Source: a virus
Lineage: Duplodnaviria > Caudoviricetes
DNA: 53,427 bases
Direction: 5' to 3' (one strand)
Virus record (IMG/VR): IMGVR_UViG_3300020045_001964
Location: 1 to 53,427 of that record
In this document: piece by piece, positions 20,454 through 28,694 of the stretch
Position numbering within the stretch: position 1 is the stretch's first letter
Layout: each line of letters opens with the position of its first letter
The notes under the pieces: generated by a model
The model's database searches: none
Seen by the model: the letters and a program-made list of their open reading frames with translations, nothing else
What the model was told of the DNA's origin: nothing
Position numbers and translations under genes: made by a program

Positions 20454-20696
20454 TTATTGAATTTCAATATCTTTTTTAGTAAGAGATTCTGCCAGATCGC
20501 ACAGAGTTTTAGCCACAAACAATTTTTCGTTTTCAGGCAAAGTTTGTGCAATTGTATTCAATGTCGAAAGACAAACATTAAATGCTACAACCATTTCACG
20601 GCCAGCAAGAATACGCATAAAAATATCAGTGATTTGTGTTACTTCTTTTGTAACTTTTTCACTAATATCATCGTCAATATCTACAAATTCAGTCAT
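20454..20696 (-). CDS. Hypothetical protein
   Basis: ORF coupled to upstream gene. Confidence 0.6.
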   Translation of the reverse strand: MTEFVDIDDDISEKVTKEVTQITDIFMRILAGREMVVAFNVCLSTLNTIAQTLPENEKLFVAKTLCDLAESLTKKDIEIQ

Positions 20697-21370
20697 GACA
20701 TTGCCTTATTAAAAATATCGGTTAAGTTTGGGGGTTCAAAGGTTGCTAATTTGCCGGACCTATCACGCGCAAATACGTCAAACTGTTCGCTTGTACAAAA
20801 TGCTTTTTGTTGACCAATCACACCAGGGATGGTGTGATTACCTAAATGCAAAATTTCATCAAATAAATGGGGAATCTTTACATTTAATTCTTTTCCAGGG
20901 AAATATGGTTTACGTTTTTGTGCGCCACTTTCATCTACTGTGGTTTGTTTAGCAATAAGGTATAAATGTTTCTGTGGGAAATAATATAACTTATTGATGT
21001 TAATCATTATTTCTTCAGCCATTTCACCATATGCTTTTAAACCGTGCTTATGAACTCTAAGTGTATCCTCTAAAATAATTTCACAATATTGACTTACAGA
21101 ATCAATAACCAGAGTATCAAATTTTTTAGTTTCTGCTGATTCAAAAAACCATTTGAAAAACTCACGAATTTTAACGGCTGTGTACGCTTCAAATGCAGGA
21201 ATGTTAGAGCCGCGCATTGAAAGCATACCGGGTTCTACGCACATCATTACCGGGTTTGGGGCGGTGTTTGAAACTGGCGTTTTTCCCGATCCGGGGCCAC
21301 CAAAAGCCAAAACTTTAACACCGTAAAACTGTGCTAATGATCCTGCTGGTTTTAAACTTTTAATGTCCAT
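20693..21370 (-). CDS. Sak4-like AAA ATPase (ssDNA annealing protein)
   Basis: GGPGSGKT Walker A; VIDSVS Walker B; A.DRSG.L..FEPP. Confidence 0.82.
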   Translation of the reverse strand: MDIKSLKPAGSLAQFYGVKVLAFGGPGSGKTPVSNTAPNPVMMCVEPGMLSMRGSNIPAFEAYTAVKIREFFKWFFESAETKKFDTLVIDSVSQYCEIILEDTLRVHKHGLKAYGEMAEEIMININKLYYFPQKHLYLIAKQTTVDESGAQKRKPYFPGKELNVKIPHLFDEILHLGNHTIPGVIGQQKAFCTSEQFDVFARDRSGKLATFEPPNLTDIFNKAMS

Positions 21371-21385
21371 ATGTAAACTTTATTA

Positions 21386-21460
21386 TGGTGCAACGAATTG
21401 GAATTGAACCAATATAATACAAATTATGAGTTTGTGGCATTGCCATTATGCTATCGTTGC
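21386..21460 (-). tRNA. tRNA with CAT anticodon (Ile2 or elongator Met)
   Basis: GCAACGA/TCGTTGC acceptor, ACAAA-CTCATAA-TTTGT anticodon arm, ATTGG-TTCAATT-CCAAT T arm, encoded CCA. Confidence 0.9.
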
Positions 21461-21471
21461 TATTTATTATT

Positions 21472-21556
21472 TGGTGCCGCTGACCGGAATCGAACCGGTA
21501 AGCCGTGAAGCGTTTGATTTTAAGTCAAATGAGTTTACCAATTTCTCCACAGCGGC
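21472..21556 (-). tRNA. tRNA-Leu(TAA)
   Basis: GCCGCTG/CAGCGGC acceptor, TTTGA-CTTAAAA-TCAAA, long variable arm, ACCGG-TTCGATT-CCGGT, encoded CCA. Confidence 0.95.
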
Positions 21557-21569
21557 AATTATTTGTTAC

Positions 21570-22109
21570 TTAAAGTTTCTTAGCATTCTTAGGACTAATA
21601 ATTTCCAAAGTTGGAGCACCTTCAGAAGTTGTAATAGCCTTATCAATCAAAACTTTATACTTTGGATCAAGCAATTTGTATTCAGTCATTGACAAGTCAG
21701 CTTTCCATTTAACCAAACGTTCGGCAATGATTTTACCTTCGGCACCGCCAATATTTTCGATTGCATCCAAACAATCATTAACCAAATCTTGATTCAGATT
21801 GTAGTTAATCTTTTTAACGGCTTTGGCTTCATAGCCGTTAGCCAATTCGATGCGCTCTGTACCTGATTTTTTATTTGGATCAAAAGCAAATGCAACAAAC
21901 GCTTTACGTTTATCCATTTCAGATTGTTTTGCAGTCTCTAAAGCAACTTTAGACTGTTCCCAAGATTCTAGCAAATAATCACGATATGTTACATGATCGT
22001 GTTCTGACAATTCTTTTTTGTCTTTAATCAATTTTTCAATTGCAGTAACTTTATCAAGATTTGTCAAAAAATCACGTTCGGATAAAGTATACACTTCTTG
22101 TTCAGACAT
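21570..22109 (-). CDS. Hypothetical coiled-coil protein of the recombination module
   Basis: AAGGAA RBS; 179 aa; upstream of Sak4. Confidence 0.75.
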   Translation of the reverse strand: MSEQEVYTLSERDFLTNLDKVTAIEKLIKDKKELSEHDHVTYRDYLLESWEQSKVALETAKQSEMDKRKAFVAFAFDPNKKSGTERIELANGYEAKAVKKINYNLNQDLVNDCLDAIENIGGAEGKIIAERLVKWKADLSMTEYKLLDPKYKVLIDKAITTSEGAPTLEIISPKNAKKL

Positions 22110-22129
22110 AATTTAAATTCCTTTATTTG

Positions 22130-22360
22130 TTATTCGCCATCGCCAGAGCCAGAGCCAGAGCCAGAGCCATCGCCAGAGCCATAGCCAGAGCCAGAGCCAG
22201 AGCCATCGCCAGAGCCATAGCCAGAGCCAGAGCCAGAGCCATCGCCATAGCCATAGCCAGAGCCATAGCCATCGCCAGAGCCAGAGCCAGAGCCATCGCC
22301 ATAGCCATAGCCAGAGCCATAGCCAGAGCCATCGCCAGAGCTAAATTTATTTTTAGCCAT
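22130..22360 (-). CDS. Gly-X dipeptide repeat protein (G-[S/Y/D])n
   Basis: ATG at 22360 overlaps upstream stop; about 34 GX units. Confidence 0.65.
   Translation of the reverse strand: MAKNKFSSGDGSGYGSGYGYGDGSGSGSGDGYGSGYGYGDGSGSGSGYGSGDGSGSGSGYGSGDGSGSGSGSGDGE
22134..22341. repeat. Hexamer minisatellite (TCT/TAT/GAT-GGC on minus strand)
   Basis: Direct reading of gccaga/gccata/gccatc units. Confidence 0.95.
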
Positions 22361-22715
22361 TGATAGACCCCTTGGCAATTTCTGAACATGGAATCAATTC
22401 ACAAACACCTGTCAAATAAATTTCTGGATTATTAACATCTAACTTTGATTTTTCAATATTCAAACCATTTTGCGCAACCGCAGAAAGTGCCAAACCATCT
22501 TTAGCTTTCCAAGACCAAAGCCGTTTACTATTTTTAAGAATAATATTTTCACCGTCAACACTGACAACTTCACCGGCATGCACACCTGCCGAATAACACC
22601 GCGCAATTACAAATTTTCCAATCATCGGATGTTTTGGAACAATAGCTACAATGTTATTGCCAAACATAGCAACAATTTCTTTAATTTCGCCAAAAGTCAG
22701 ATCGTTAATATTCAT
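22353..22715 (-). CDS. Conserved phage protein (DUF6948-like)
   Basis: VI.R.YSAGVH.G......L..S.RLW.W....LS.VA..G motif. Confidence 0.75.
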   Translation of the reverse strand: MNINDLTFGEIKEIVAMFGNNIVAIVPKHPMIGKFVIARCYSAGVHAGEVVSVDGENIILKNSKRLWSWKAKDGLALSAVAQNGLNIEKSKLDVNNPEIYLTGVCELIPCSEIAKGSING

Positions 22716-22762
22716 TTTACATACTCCAAGTTTTTCTAAGAAACTGCTTAGTCAGTTAGTAA

Positions 22763-22790
22763 ATTATAACTACAATTTTTAACTTGTCAA
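22763..22790 (-). promoter_or_regulatory. Consensus sigma70 promoter driving the replication operon
   Basis: TTGACA-N16-TATAAT on minus strand. Confidence 0.75.
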
Positions 22791-22793
22791 CTT

Positions 22794-23405
22794 TTATTTT
22801 TCAAGAATTTCACGTTCTAAAAAAAGATCACGGTTATTTGCATCGTATTCTGAAAACTTATTAGGAAACCGCGCACGCAACTTAGCAATGTTGGTTTTTT
22901 GAACTTCGCTAAAATTAGAACCTACAGCTTCTAGCCCTACCGCGTCATACCACAAACCGTCCCCAATTTCCTCTTTAAAATTTGTAACGTCAAATTTTGC
23001 ACCTTGAAAAATTGTAGCATAAAGCAATTCCAACAATTCGCCAGCTTCTGTAGCTTTACCAATGATTGAATGAATAATATCAATAGCTTTTATTGGATCG
23101 GGGAATGAAAAAATTACACTTTCACAAGATTTGTAATGTTGACTTGGTGTTATAAATTTATTTTCTTTACCATAAAACAAAGTTTTTTTAACTGCATCCA
23201 AAAGCTGCAAGGCTTGGATAGATTCCATAAGGCAATCGGCAAGTGTAATTTCAGCAACCAAATTACCATGAAATTGGTCACTTTTTGTTTGTTGCGCTTC
23301 AGCTTGGTAGTTAAATGGTTGTACTTCAGCAATAGCAGCTTTAATTACAGCTTTAACTTCGGATGCGTCAACCTTAATCCTTAAGGTTTGTTCGTTACTG
23401 CTCAT
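22794..23405 (-). CDS. mazG: MazG-like nucleoside triphosphate pyrophosphohydrolase
   Basis: G..TEAGE, EEIGD.LWY, NI.KL..RFP motifs. Confidence 0.85.
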   Translation of the reverse strand: MSSNEQTLRIKVDASEVKAVIKAAIAEVQPFNYQAEAQQTKSDQFHGNLVAEITLADCLMESIQALQLLDAVKKTLFYGKENKFITPSQHYKSCESVIFSFPDPIKAIDIIHSIIGKATEAGELLELLYATIFQGAKFDVTNFKEEIGDGLWYDAVGLEAVGSNFSEVQKTNIAKLRARFPNKFSEYDANNRDLFLEREILEK

Positions 23406-23564
23406 ATATGTATATCCTAGTTGTTGTCGACATCTTGTGGGCTACAGTCTGGACCGATAACGCTAGTTTAGCATGAAAATTTCTTATCTGCAAAAAAATA
23501 TTTGGTGTATGATCACCCTAGACCGCGCTGCACTATAGCAGTGCCCACAGGTATCGCTACATAT

Positions 23565-23768
23565 ATGAACACTCCAAACAATTGCCCTTGGTTAGATGAC
23601 TCGTTAGAGTTGCTAGAAAAATTACCACGCGGAACTACGTTACAATACGTTGCAATTTCTGCAAACATCCCTTTGTCTTGGTTGTCAAAATTTAAAGATG
23701 GTAAATTTAAAACGCCTAACATTTACCACGTTTATAATTTGCTTAAATTTTTGACAGATAACAAATAA
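23565..23768 (+). CDS. Small Cro/XRE-like HTH protein
   Basis: TLQYVAISANIPLSWLSKFKDG..KTP pattern; ATG at 23565; stop overlaps primase start. Confidence 0.65.
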   Translation: MNTPNNCPWLDDSLELLEKLPRGTTLQYVAISANIPLSWLSKFKDGKFKTPNIYHVYNLLKFLTDNK

Positions 23769-26137
23769 TGCTTGACAACATACCCGCAGAGATGCGCGTA
23801 TTCAATAGTTGGGTTGTTTGGCGTTTAGAGGATACCGAAAGCGGTAGACCGACAAAGATTCCATATAATCCTGTTACTGGATACCCTGCAAAATCAACCG
23901 ATGAATCCACATGGGTAAGTTATGAGACAGCTAAAAATGAATTCTTAAATAACCCTACCAAATGGTCAGGTATTGGTTTTGTATTGTCTGAACGTGACCC
24001 CTATGGATTTATTGATTTAGACAAACCTAAAAATCCAGACGGTAGTGCTTTAGACGCTGTTGAATTTGATAAGCGCATAGCACGCCAGAAAAGTATTTTT
24101 AATGCTTTTGATAGCTATGCCGAGTTGTCGCCAAGTGGTGAAGGTTTACACATTATCGTAAAAGCCACATTACCTAACGGTCGTAAGCGGTCAAGTATAG
24201 AGGTTTACACCAATCAACGATTTATGACGATGACCGGTAACGTATATCGCAATGCGTCTATCGTTGATTACAACGAACTTTTAAATTCTCTGTGGGCAGA
24301 AATGGGGAAAGGTCAAGTTGCAGTGCAAGCATATGCAGGCATGGAACAAGCAACAATGAGCCCCGACGAAGTTTTTCACATGGCATCCACTGCCAGTAAT
24401 TCAGAAAAATTTTTAGATTTGTTTGTACATGGTAATTGGCAAAAATATTATCCTTCGCAATCTGAAGCTGATTTTGCATTAGTTGATATTCTTGCATTTT
24501 ATTCAAAAAATAGAGCGCAAGTTAAAATGATGTTTTTAGCATCTAAATTAGCTGAACGTGAAAAATCGCGTGCTGAATATCGAATTGGATATATGTTAAA
24601 TCGTTGCTTTGATAATATGTTACCGCCTGTTGATTTTGAAGGTTTGCGGAATCAGGTTAACGAAGCAATAGAAAAAGCTAAAATTTATGAGTATGTGCCA
24701 CCAGCATCTACCAAAGCTATTGAAATTGATGTAGGTCGTGAGTTTTTAAATTTAGGCAATCCAGCATTACTAAAGGATGATCCTAATTTTATTTACAACC
24801 CACCCCCAGGATTACTAGGTGAAATTGCACAATATATTTATGCACAATCCCCTATACCAGTACCTGAAATAGCTTTAGCTGGTGCTATTGGTTTAATGTC
24901 TGGTATTTGTGGCAAAGCATTCAACATATCAGGCACTGGGTTAAATCAATACACATTGTTATTGGCCGCTACAGGTACGGGTAAAGAATCTGCTGCTGGT
25001 GGAATCGGTAAATTGATTAGCGAAATTGTCAAGCACGTGCCGCCCGCCGGTGAATTCATTGGACCATCTAGCATTAGTAGCCCGCAGGCATTATCCAAAG
25101 CACTGAGTAACACACCGTGTATCGTTTCAGTAGTTGGCGAATTCGGTTTATATCTAAAGCAAATGGGGGCTGATAACGCATCGCCACATATGCTAGGTTT
25201 AAAATCTATGATTTTGGACTTATACAATAAATCGGGTGAAGGTGCAAAACTAGGTAATATTGTTTATTCTGATAAAGAAAAGAATACAACTGTTATTAGT
25301 TCGCCATCATTTAGTATTTTCTGCGAATCTGCACCCGAGCCGTTTTACGAAACTCTTACCGAATCCATGATTAGCGGTGGATTGTTACCACGATTTACCA
25401 TTATTGAATATCATGGCGACCGTTTAGAGCGTAATAAAGGCGCTGGAATGGTAAAGCCATCACAGGAATTAATACAGCAACTTTGTACACTATGTGCGTC
25501 TACGCTGGGGCTAATTCATCAAAAGAAAGTAAATCACGTTCAAATTGCACCTGATGCTGAAAAGATTTTAGACAAATTTGAGAAACTTGCCCACAGTAGC
25601 ATAGTTGGTTCAATGGAACTTAGACGGCAATTGTGGAACCGGGCTCATATCAAGGTGCTGAAGCTGGCTTCTTTGGTTGCTGTGGGTATGCATCCATTTG
25701 AACCGATAATTGATGCTGAAGCGGCTAAATGGGCAATTCGTATCGTAGAAGCTGATGTTAAAAATATGTTGTCTCGCTTTGAATCCGGTGAAGTCGGTGT
25801 AAATAATGGTGAAAACAAACAGTTGCAATTAGTTACTAAAGCCATTAAAAAATATGTTATGTCAGCATGGTCTGAAGTTGAAAAATCAGCGGGTGAAAAG
25901 AATAGAACTTTACATGCTGAACGTGTAATTCCATACAGTTATATTCAACGCTGCACCGCAACTGCTGGACCATTCAAGAATGACAAAATCGGAGCAACCA
26001 ATGCACTAAAACGCACACTAAAAACTATGGTTGATAGTGGCGACTTGCAACAAATGCAACGAGCGGATTTAGTAAAAAAGTTTGGAACTTATGCAGAAGC
26101 CTATGCAATAAGTTCACCTTCAACATTTGGAATTTAA
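23768..26137 (+). CDS. Primase-polymerase (AEP) fused to a P-loop helicase-like domain
   Basis: KIPY, GIGFV, IDLD, E.SPSG.GLH; AATGTGKE; GLLPRF. Confidence 0.85.
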   Translation: MLDNIPAEMRVFNSWVVWRLEDTESGRPTKIPYNPVTGYPAKSTDESTWVSYETAKNEFLNNPTKWSGIGFVLSERDPYGFIDLDKPKNPDGSALDAVEFDKRIARQKSIFNAFDSYAELSPSGEGLHIIVKATLPNGRKRSSIEVYTNQRFMTMTGNVYRNASIVDYNELLNSLWAEMGKGQVAVQAYAGMEQATMSPDEVFHMASTASNSEKFLDLFVHGNWQKYYPSQSEADFALVDILAFYSKNRAQVKMMFLASKLAEREKSRAEYRIGYMLNRCFDNMLPPVDFEGLRNQVNEAIEKAKIYEYVPPASTKAIEIDVGREFLNLGNPALLKDDPNFIYNPPPGLLGEIAQYIYAQSPIPVPEIALAGAIGLMSGICGKAFNISGTGLNQYTLLLAATGTGKESAAGGIGKLISEIVKHVPPAGEFIGPSSISSPQALSKALSNTPCIVSVVGEFGLYLKQMGADNASPHMLGLKSMILDLYNKSGEGAKLGNIVYSDKEKNTTVISSPSFSIFCESAPEPFYETLTESMISGGLLPRFTIIEYHGDRLERNKGAGMVKPSQELIQQLCTLCASTLGLIHQKKVNHVQIAPDAEKILDKFEKLAHSSIVGSMELRRQLWNRAHIKVLKLASLVAVGMHPFEPIIDAEAAKWAIRIVEADVKNMLSRFESGEVGVNNGENKQLQLVTKAIKKYVMSAWSEVEKSAGEKNRTLHAERVIPYSYIQRCTATAGPFKNDKIGATNALKRTLKTMVDSGDLQQMQRADLVKKFGTYAEAYAISSPSTFGI

Positions 26138-26142
26138 ATACA

Positions 26143-26170
26143 AAAGCCGCTAACTAAGCGGCTTTATTTT
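26143..26170 (+). terminator. Intrinsic terminator after primase
   Basis: AAAGCCGCT-AACTA-AGCGGCTTT then T-run. Confidence 0.8.
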
Positions 26171-26180
26171 TGGTCCTATG

Positions 26181-26304
26181 TTTCCATCGGGGGTCAAAAT
26201 ACTCCCGCATTCCCATCGGGGGTACTTGCTACCGCATTTCCACTGGGGGTAATAACTCCTACATTTCCACTGGGGGTATCTGGCCGGGACTTTCCATCGG
26301 GGGT
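26181..26304. repeat. Five copies of TTYCCAYYGGGGGT, period 29/27/27/27 bp
   Basis: Copies start at 26181, 26210, 26237, 26264, 26291. Confidence 0.92.
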
Positions 26305-26326
26305 GGTTTGAGAGCGCCCGCTAGCC

Positions 26327-26361
26327 CAGGGCAGGGCAGGGCAGGGCAGGGCAGGGCAGGG
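26327..26361. repeat. (CAGGG)7 perfect tandem repeat
   Basis: Direct reading. Confidence 0.97.
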
Positions 26362-26384
26362 CTGCAATCGGCCACAGAAGCGCC

Positions 26385-26406
26385 AAAACCCCAATTAAGG
26401 GGGTTT
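26385..26406 (-). terminator. Intrinsic terminator for the leftward early genes
   Basis: AAAACCCC-AATTAAG-GGGGTTT. Confidence 0.65.
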
Positions 26407-26412
26407 GTTGGG

Positions 26413-26601
26413 TTAGATTTTATTATTAATAAAATCTTTTAATTTTAATTCTTCAATTAAATCTGCTTCTTTATCGCCATTAAGAGATTTAAATTCTGGT
26501 TTTTCAATTCTAATTAATGCTACAACTGCGGCCCAATGACTAGAAAAAGTGGCTAAAGTTTTCCCGCTTTCATTGCATACTTTATTTGAATAAACGTACA
26601 T
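26413..26601 (-). CDS. Hypothetical early protein
   Basis: AAGG RBS; tandem leftward cluster. Confidence 0.6.
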   Translation of the reverse strand: MYVYSNKVCNESGKTLATFSSHWAAVVALIRIEKPEFKSLNGDKEADLIEELKLKDFINNKI

Positions 26602-26609
26602 GTTTAACC

Positions 26610-26792
26610 TTAAATAGTAAAACCTTGATAACCTTTACGAATCAAATCATTGACTTGACGTTTTGTAACATTTGCACCTACTTCGTAAGCGCCATCTGTG
26701 CGAATAGCACCCCATACAATACGGTATGGAAAATATGCTTTCAAACGCGCCATTTCTTCAGACATTAAATGTTTGGCCGTATCGTAGTTCAT
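26610..26792 (-). CDS. Hypothetical early protein (start MNYDTAK)
   Basis: GGAG RBS before the internal ATG of track ORF 26610..26852. Confidence 0.6.
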   Translation of the reverse strand: MNYDTAKHLMSEEMARLKAYFPYRIVWGAIRTDGAYEVGANVTKRQVNDLIRKGYQGFTI

Positions 26793-26858
26793 TTCGTTTA
26801 CTCCAAGTTGTTGATGTTTCAAGTATAGCCTACTTTTTGACTTACGCAACAATTATTT

Positions 26859-27077
26859 TTAGTTAGCCAAATATTCTTTAAGATATTTTTTAGCAGTTGC
26901 CAGCACTTTAGTATTGAAATTAACATAGAAAAATAAGTCTTCGTAAACAATGTAATGGCCTTGGTTATGGTCAAATTCAAATGTATACATTTTGTCGCCA
27001 ACTTTAAGAAACCCTGGTTTTGCGTTAGCTGCTTGCTTTGTTGCAACTTCTAAGCATTTGTTGTAATTGATAGTCAT
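26859..27077 (-). CDS. Hypothetical early protein
   Basis: AAGGGG RBS; first gene after the leftward promoter. Confidence 0.65.
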   Translation of the reverse strand: MTINYNKCLEVATKQAANAKPGFLKVGDKMYTFEFDHNQGHYIVYEDLFFYVNFNTKVLATAKKYLKEYLAN

Positions 27078-27104
27078 CTTAAACCCCTTAGTGTGTATGT
27101 CTGT

Positions 27105-27209
27105 ATTGTAGCATCAATTCTCAGCGTTAAATCAACTTTATTTGTAAAGTTGCATCTTTACACAATGTTACAATTTACTATAACTTTTTGACTAAAATTG
27201 CTATACAAT
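27105..27209. promoter_or_regulatory. Divergent early promoters with TTTACA/GTTACA boxes
   Basis: TACAAT on both strands (27105-27110 minus; 27204-27209 plus); box TTTACACAATGTTACA at 27157-27172; inverted TGTAAAG..CTTTACA. Confidence 0.65.
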
Positions 27210-27237
27210 AGAGACATCAAAACAAGGAAATAGTATC

Positions 27238-27498
27238 ATGCAAACACTAACAACATCTGTTTTTTTAAAACTGATAGACTTAAAATCTACAAAATGTGTA
27301 TCGTCTTTTGATGGTAGATATTTATATGAAATCAAGCTAACTCCAATTTTTCGCCAAAAATACATGGATATATTTGGCCGTATGACTTTTCATTCTGACT
27401 TTGAAATTAAAGAAAAATCTTTGGTTACTGGTGTAGTTAGTGATAACGGCCACATTCTTATAGATAAAAGAGAACAAAACAAAAAGCGTTTTGGGTAA
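27238..27498 (+). CDS. Hypothetical early protein
   Basis: AAGGA RBS. Confidence 0.65.
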   Translation: MQTLTTSVFLKLIDLKSTKCVSSFDGRYLYEIKLTPIFRQKYMDIFGRMTFHSDFEIKEKSLVTGVVSDNGHILIDKREQNKKRFG

Positions 27499-27500
27499 CT

Positions 27501-27554
27501 GTTACACTTTATTACAAATAACTATTGTATAAACCATAAAATTGTAGTTATAAT
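27501..27554 (+). promoter_or_regulatory. Early promoter with GTTACA-N4-ATTACA box
   Basis: Box 27501-27516; TATAAT 27549. Confidence 0.7.
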
Positions 27555-27581
27555 AGATTCACACTAACCCGAAAGCCTAAA

Positions 27582-27776
27582 ATGCAAGTTACCACAGCAC
27601 AATTGAACGAAGTTGCAACCCTTCTAAACACAACAGATAAGAACCTTGTTTTTAATACTGTAATCACAACCCTTGTAAAAAATGGTGTTGATATTGTTAT
27701 TGCATTTGATGCTGTTTTTGGTGAAGGTGCTTACAAAAAATTTGCCGGTGAAGTGTGGAAAGCATTGCAAAAATAA
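27582..27776 (+). CDS. Hypothetical early protein
   Basis: Follows promoter. Confidence 0.65.
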   Translation: MQVTTAQLNEVATLLNTTDKNLVFNTVITTLVKNGVDIVIAFDAVFGEGAYKKFAGEVWKALQK

Positions 27777-27809
27777 GTTATAATTGTTTTACATTAAAAG
27801 GAAACCAAA

Positions 27810-27971
27810 ATGTACTCAAAATTTGCAAAATCACATAGCTATGCACGCCACAATGGTTATAAGGGTACATACGAAGAATACATCGTATTGCAATATCAAG
27901 CATACAAAAATACTTGTAAACGATGCGAAATTAAGCCACTTAGTAAACAAAATTGGTTTGATAACCAATAA
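27810..27971 (+). CDS. Hypothetical 53-aa protein (MYSKFAKSH...), not in ORF track
   Basis: AAGGA RBS; CxxC. Confidence 0.6.
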   Translation: MYSKFAKSHSYARHNGYKGTYEEYIVLQYQAYKNTCKRCEIKPLSKQNWFDNQ

Positions 27972-28009
27972 ATTTAAGTTATAATTAGTTAACTTCAAAG
28001 GAAAACGAA

Positions 28010-28174
28010 ATGACAATCGACCAAAAAGGCAAATTAATTTCTGCAATTCTCACACACTTAGAATTTGCAGCAAAAAATCAAAACAAGGCGTTTGATCGTG
28101 GTGATACGTTTTTTATGCTTGCATTTAGAACCGATTCGCAACTAAAGAAAATTGCAAAATTGGCGGGAATCTAA
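28010..28174 (+). CDS. Hypothetical 54-aa protein (MTIDQKGK...), not in ORF track
   Basis: AAGGA RBS; next ATG follows the stop after 1 nt. Confidence 0.65.
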   Translation: MTIDQKGKLISAILTHLEFAAKNQNKAFDRGDTFFMLAFRTDSQLKKIAKLAGI

Positions 28175-28175
28175 A

Positions 28176-28361
28176 ATGAAAAATTCTAACTGGTTCAATG
28201 CAATGGTAGAGTTCAAATGGACTACAAAAAATATTTCTAGCACCTTTGGAGTGCGTAGGTTTATTGCTGAACAAATACAAGCAGTAGCTTGGAAAAATCA
28301 AAACGATGCATTCAATATCGCTAATGCTTCACGCGAATTGTGCAACCAAGTGGGATTTTAA
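28176..28361 (+). CDS. Hypothetical early protein
   Basis: Coupled ATG (MKNSNW). Confidence 0.6.
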   Translation: MKNSNWFNAMVEFKWTTKNISSTFGVRRFIAEQIQAVAWKNQNDAFNIANASRELCNQVGF

Positions 28362-28362
28362 A

Positions 28363-28605
28363 ATGAAAACTGCAAACGATGTATTGTTAGAAATTTTGGC
28401 AATTGTTAACAATTATTTGCCACCTGACGGTATTGAAATTAAAGATGCTATGTCACAAATTATTAAATGTGTCGATCCGTGGTCTTTGGTTGATAGCCCA
28501 CAGAGTGTGCAGCCGCTACCTGCCGCCCAGCCACCACCACTGGCTGCGCGGCCCGTTGGGGTGCAGTCGATATGCTGGAATTGTGGTTGTAAGATTAAAC
28601 CATAA
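28363..28605 (+). CDS. Hypothetical protein with Pro-rich linker and C-terminal CxxC
   Basis: Coupled ATG (MKTAND). Confidence 0.55.
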   Translation: MKTANDVLLEILAIVNNYLPPDGIEIKDAMSQIIKCVDPWSLVDSPQSVQPLPAAQPPPLAARPVGVQSICWNCGCKIKP

Positions 28606-28606
28606 T

Positions 28607-28669
28607 TTTACAATTTGTTACACTTTAGTATGAATTTTTAGTTGTGTAGCGGTAAATTTGAACTATAAT
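28607..28669 (+). promoter_or_regulatory. Early promoter with TTTACA-N4-GTTACA box
   Basis: Box 28607-28622; TTGTGT-N16-TATAAT. Confidence 0.7.
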
Positions 28670-28694
28670 TCATTCACATTAACAAGGAATCGAA

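Noticed and set aside
21426-21692. 88-aa plus-strand ORF
   Set aside because: Antisense to the tRNAs and a minus-strand gene
22123-22389. ORFs reading (LAMA)n and (ARAI)n
   Set aside because: Alternative frames of the hexamer repeat without coupled starts; the Gly frame has the overlapping ATG
14033-23405. Modified-base pathway (Z or 7-deazaguanine) suggested by MazG-like genes and own polymerase
   Set aside because: No PurZ, Que/FolE, DpdA or hydroxymethylase gene recognised
24575-24601. dif-like site (ATATGTTAAAT resembles a XerD arm)
   Set aside because: No matching XerC arm; lies in the primase coding sequence
26181-26304. Mini-CRISPR array
   Set aside because: Repeats of 14 bp and spacers of 13-15 bp are too short; no cas operon
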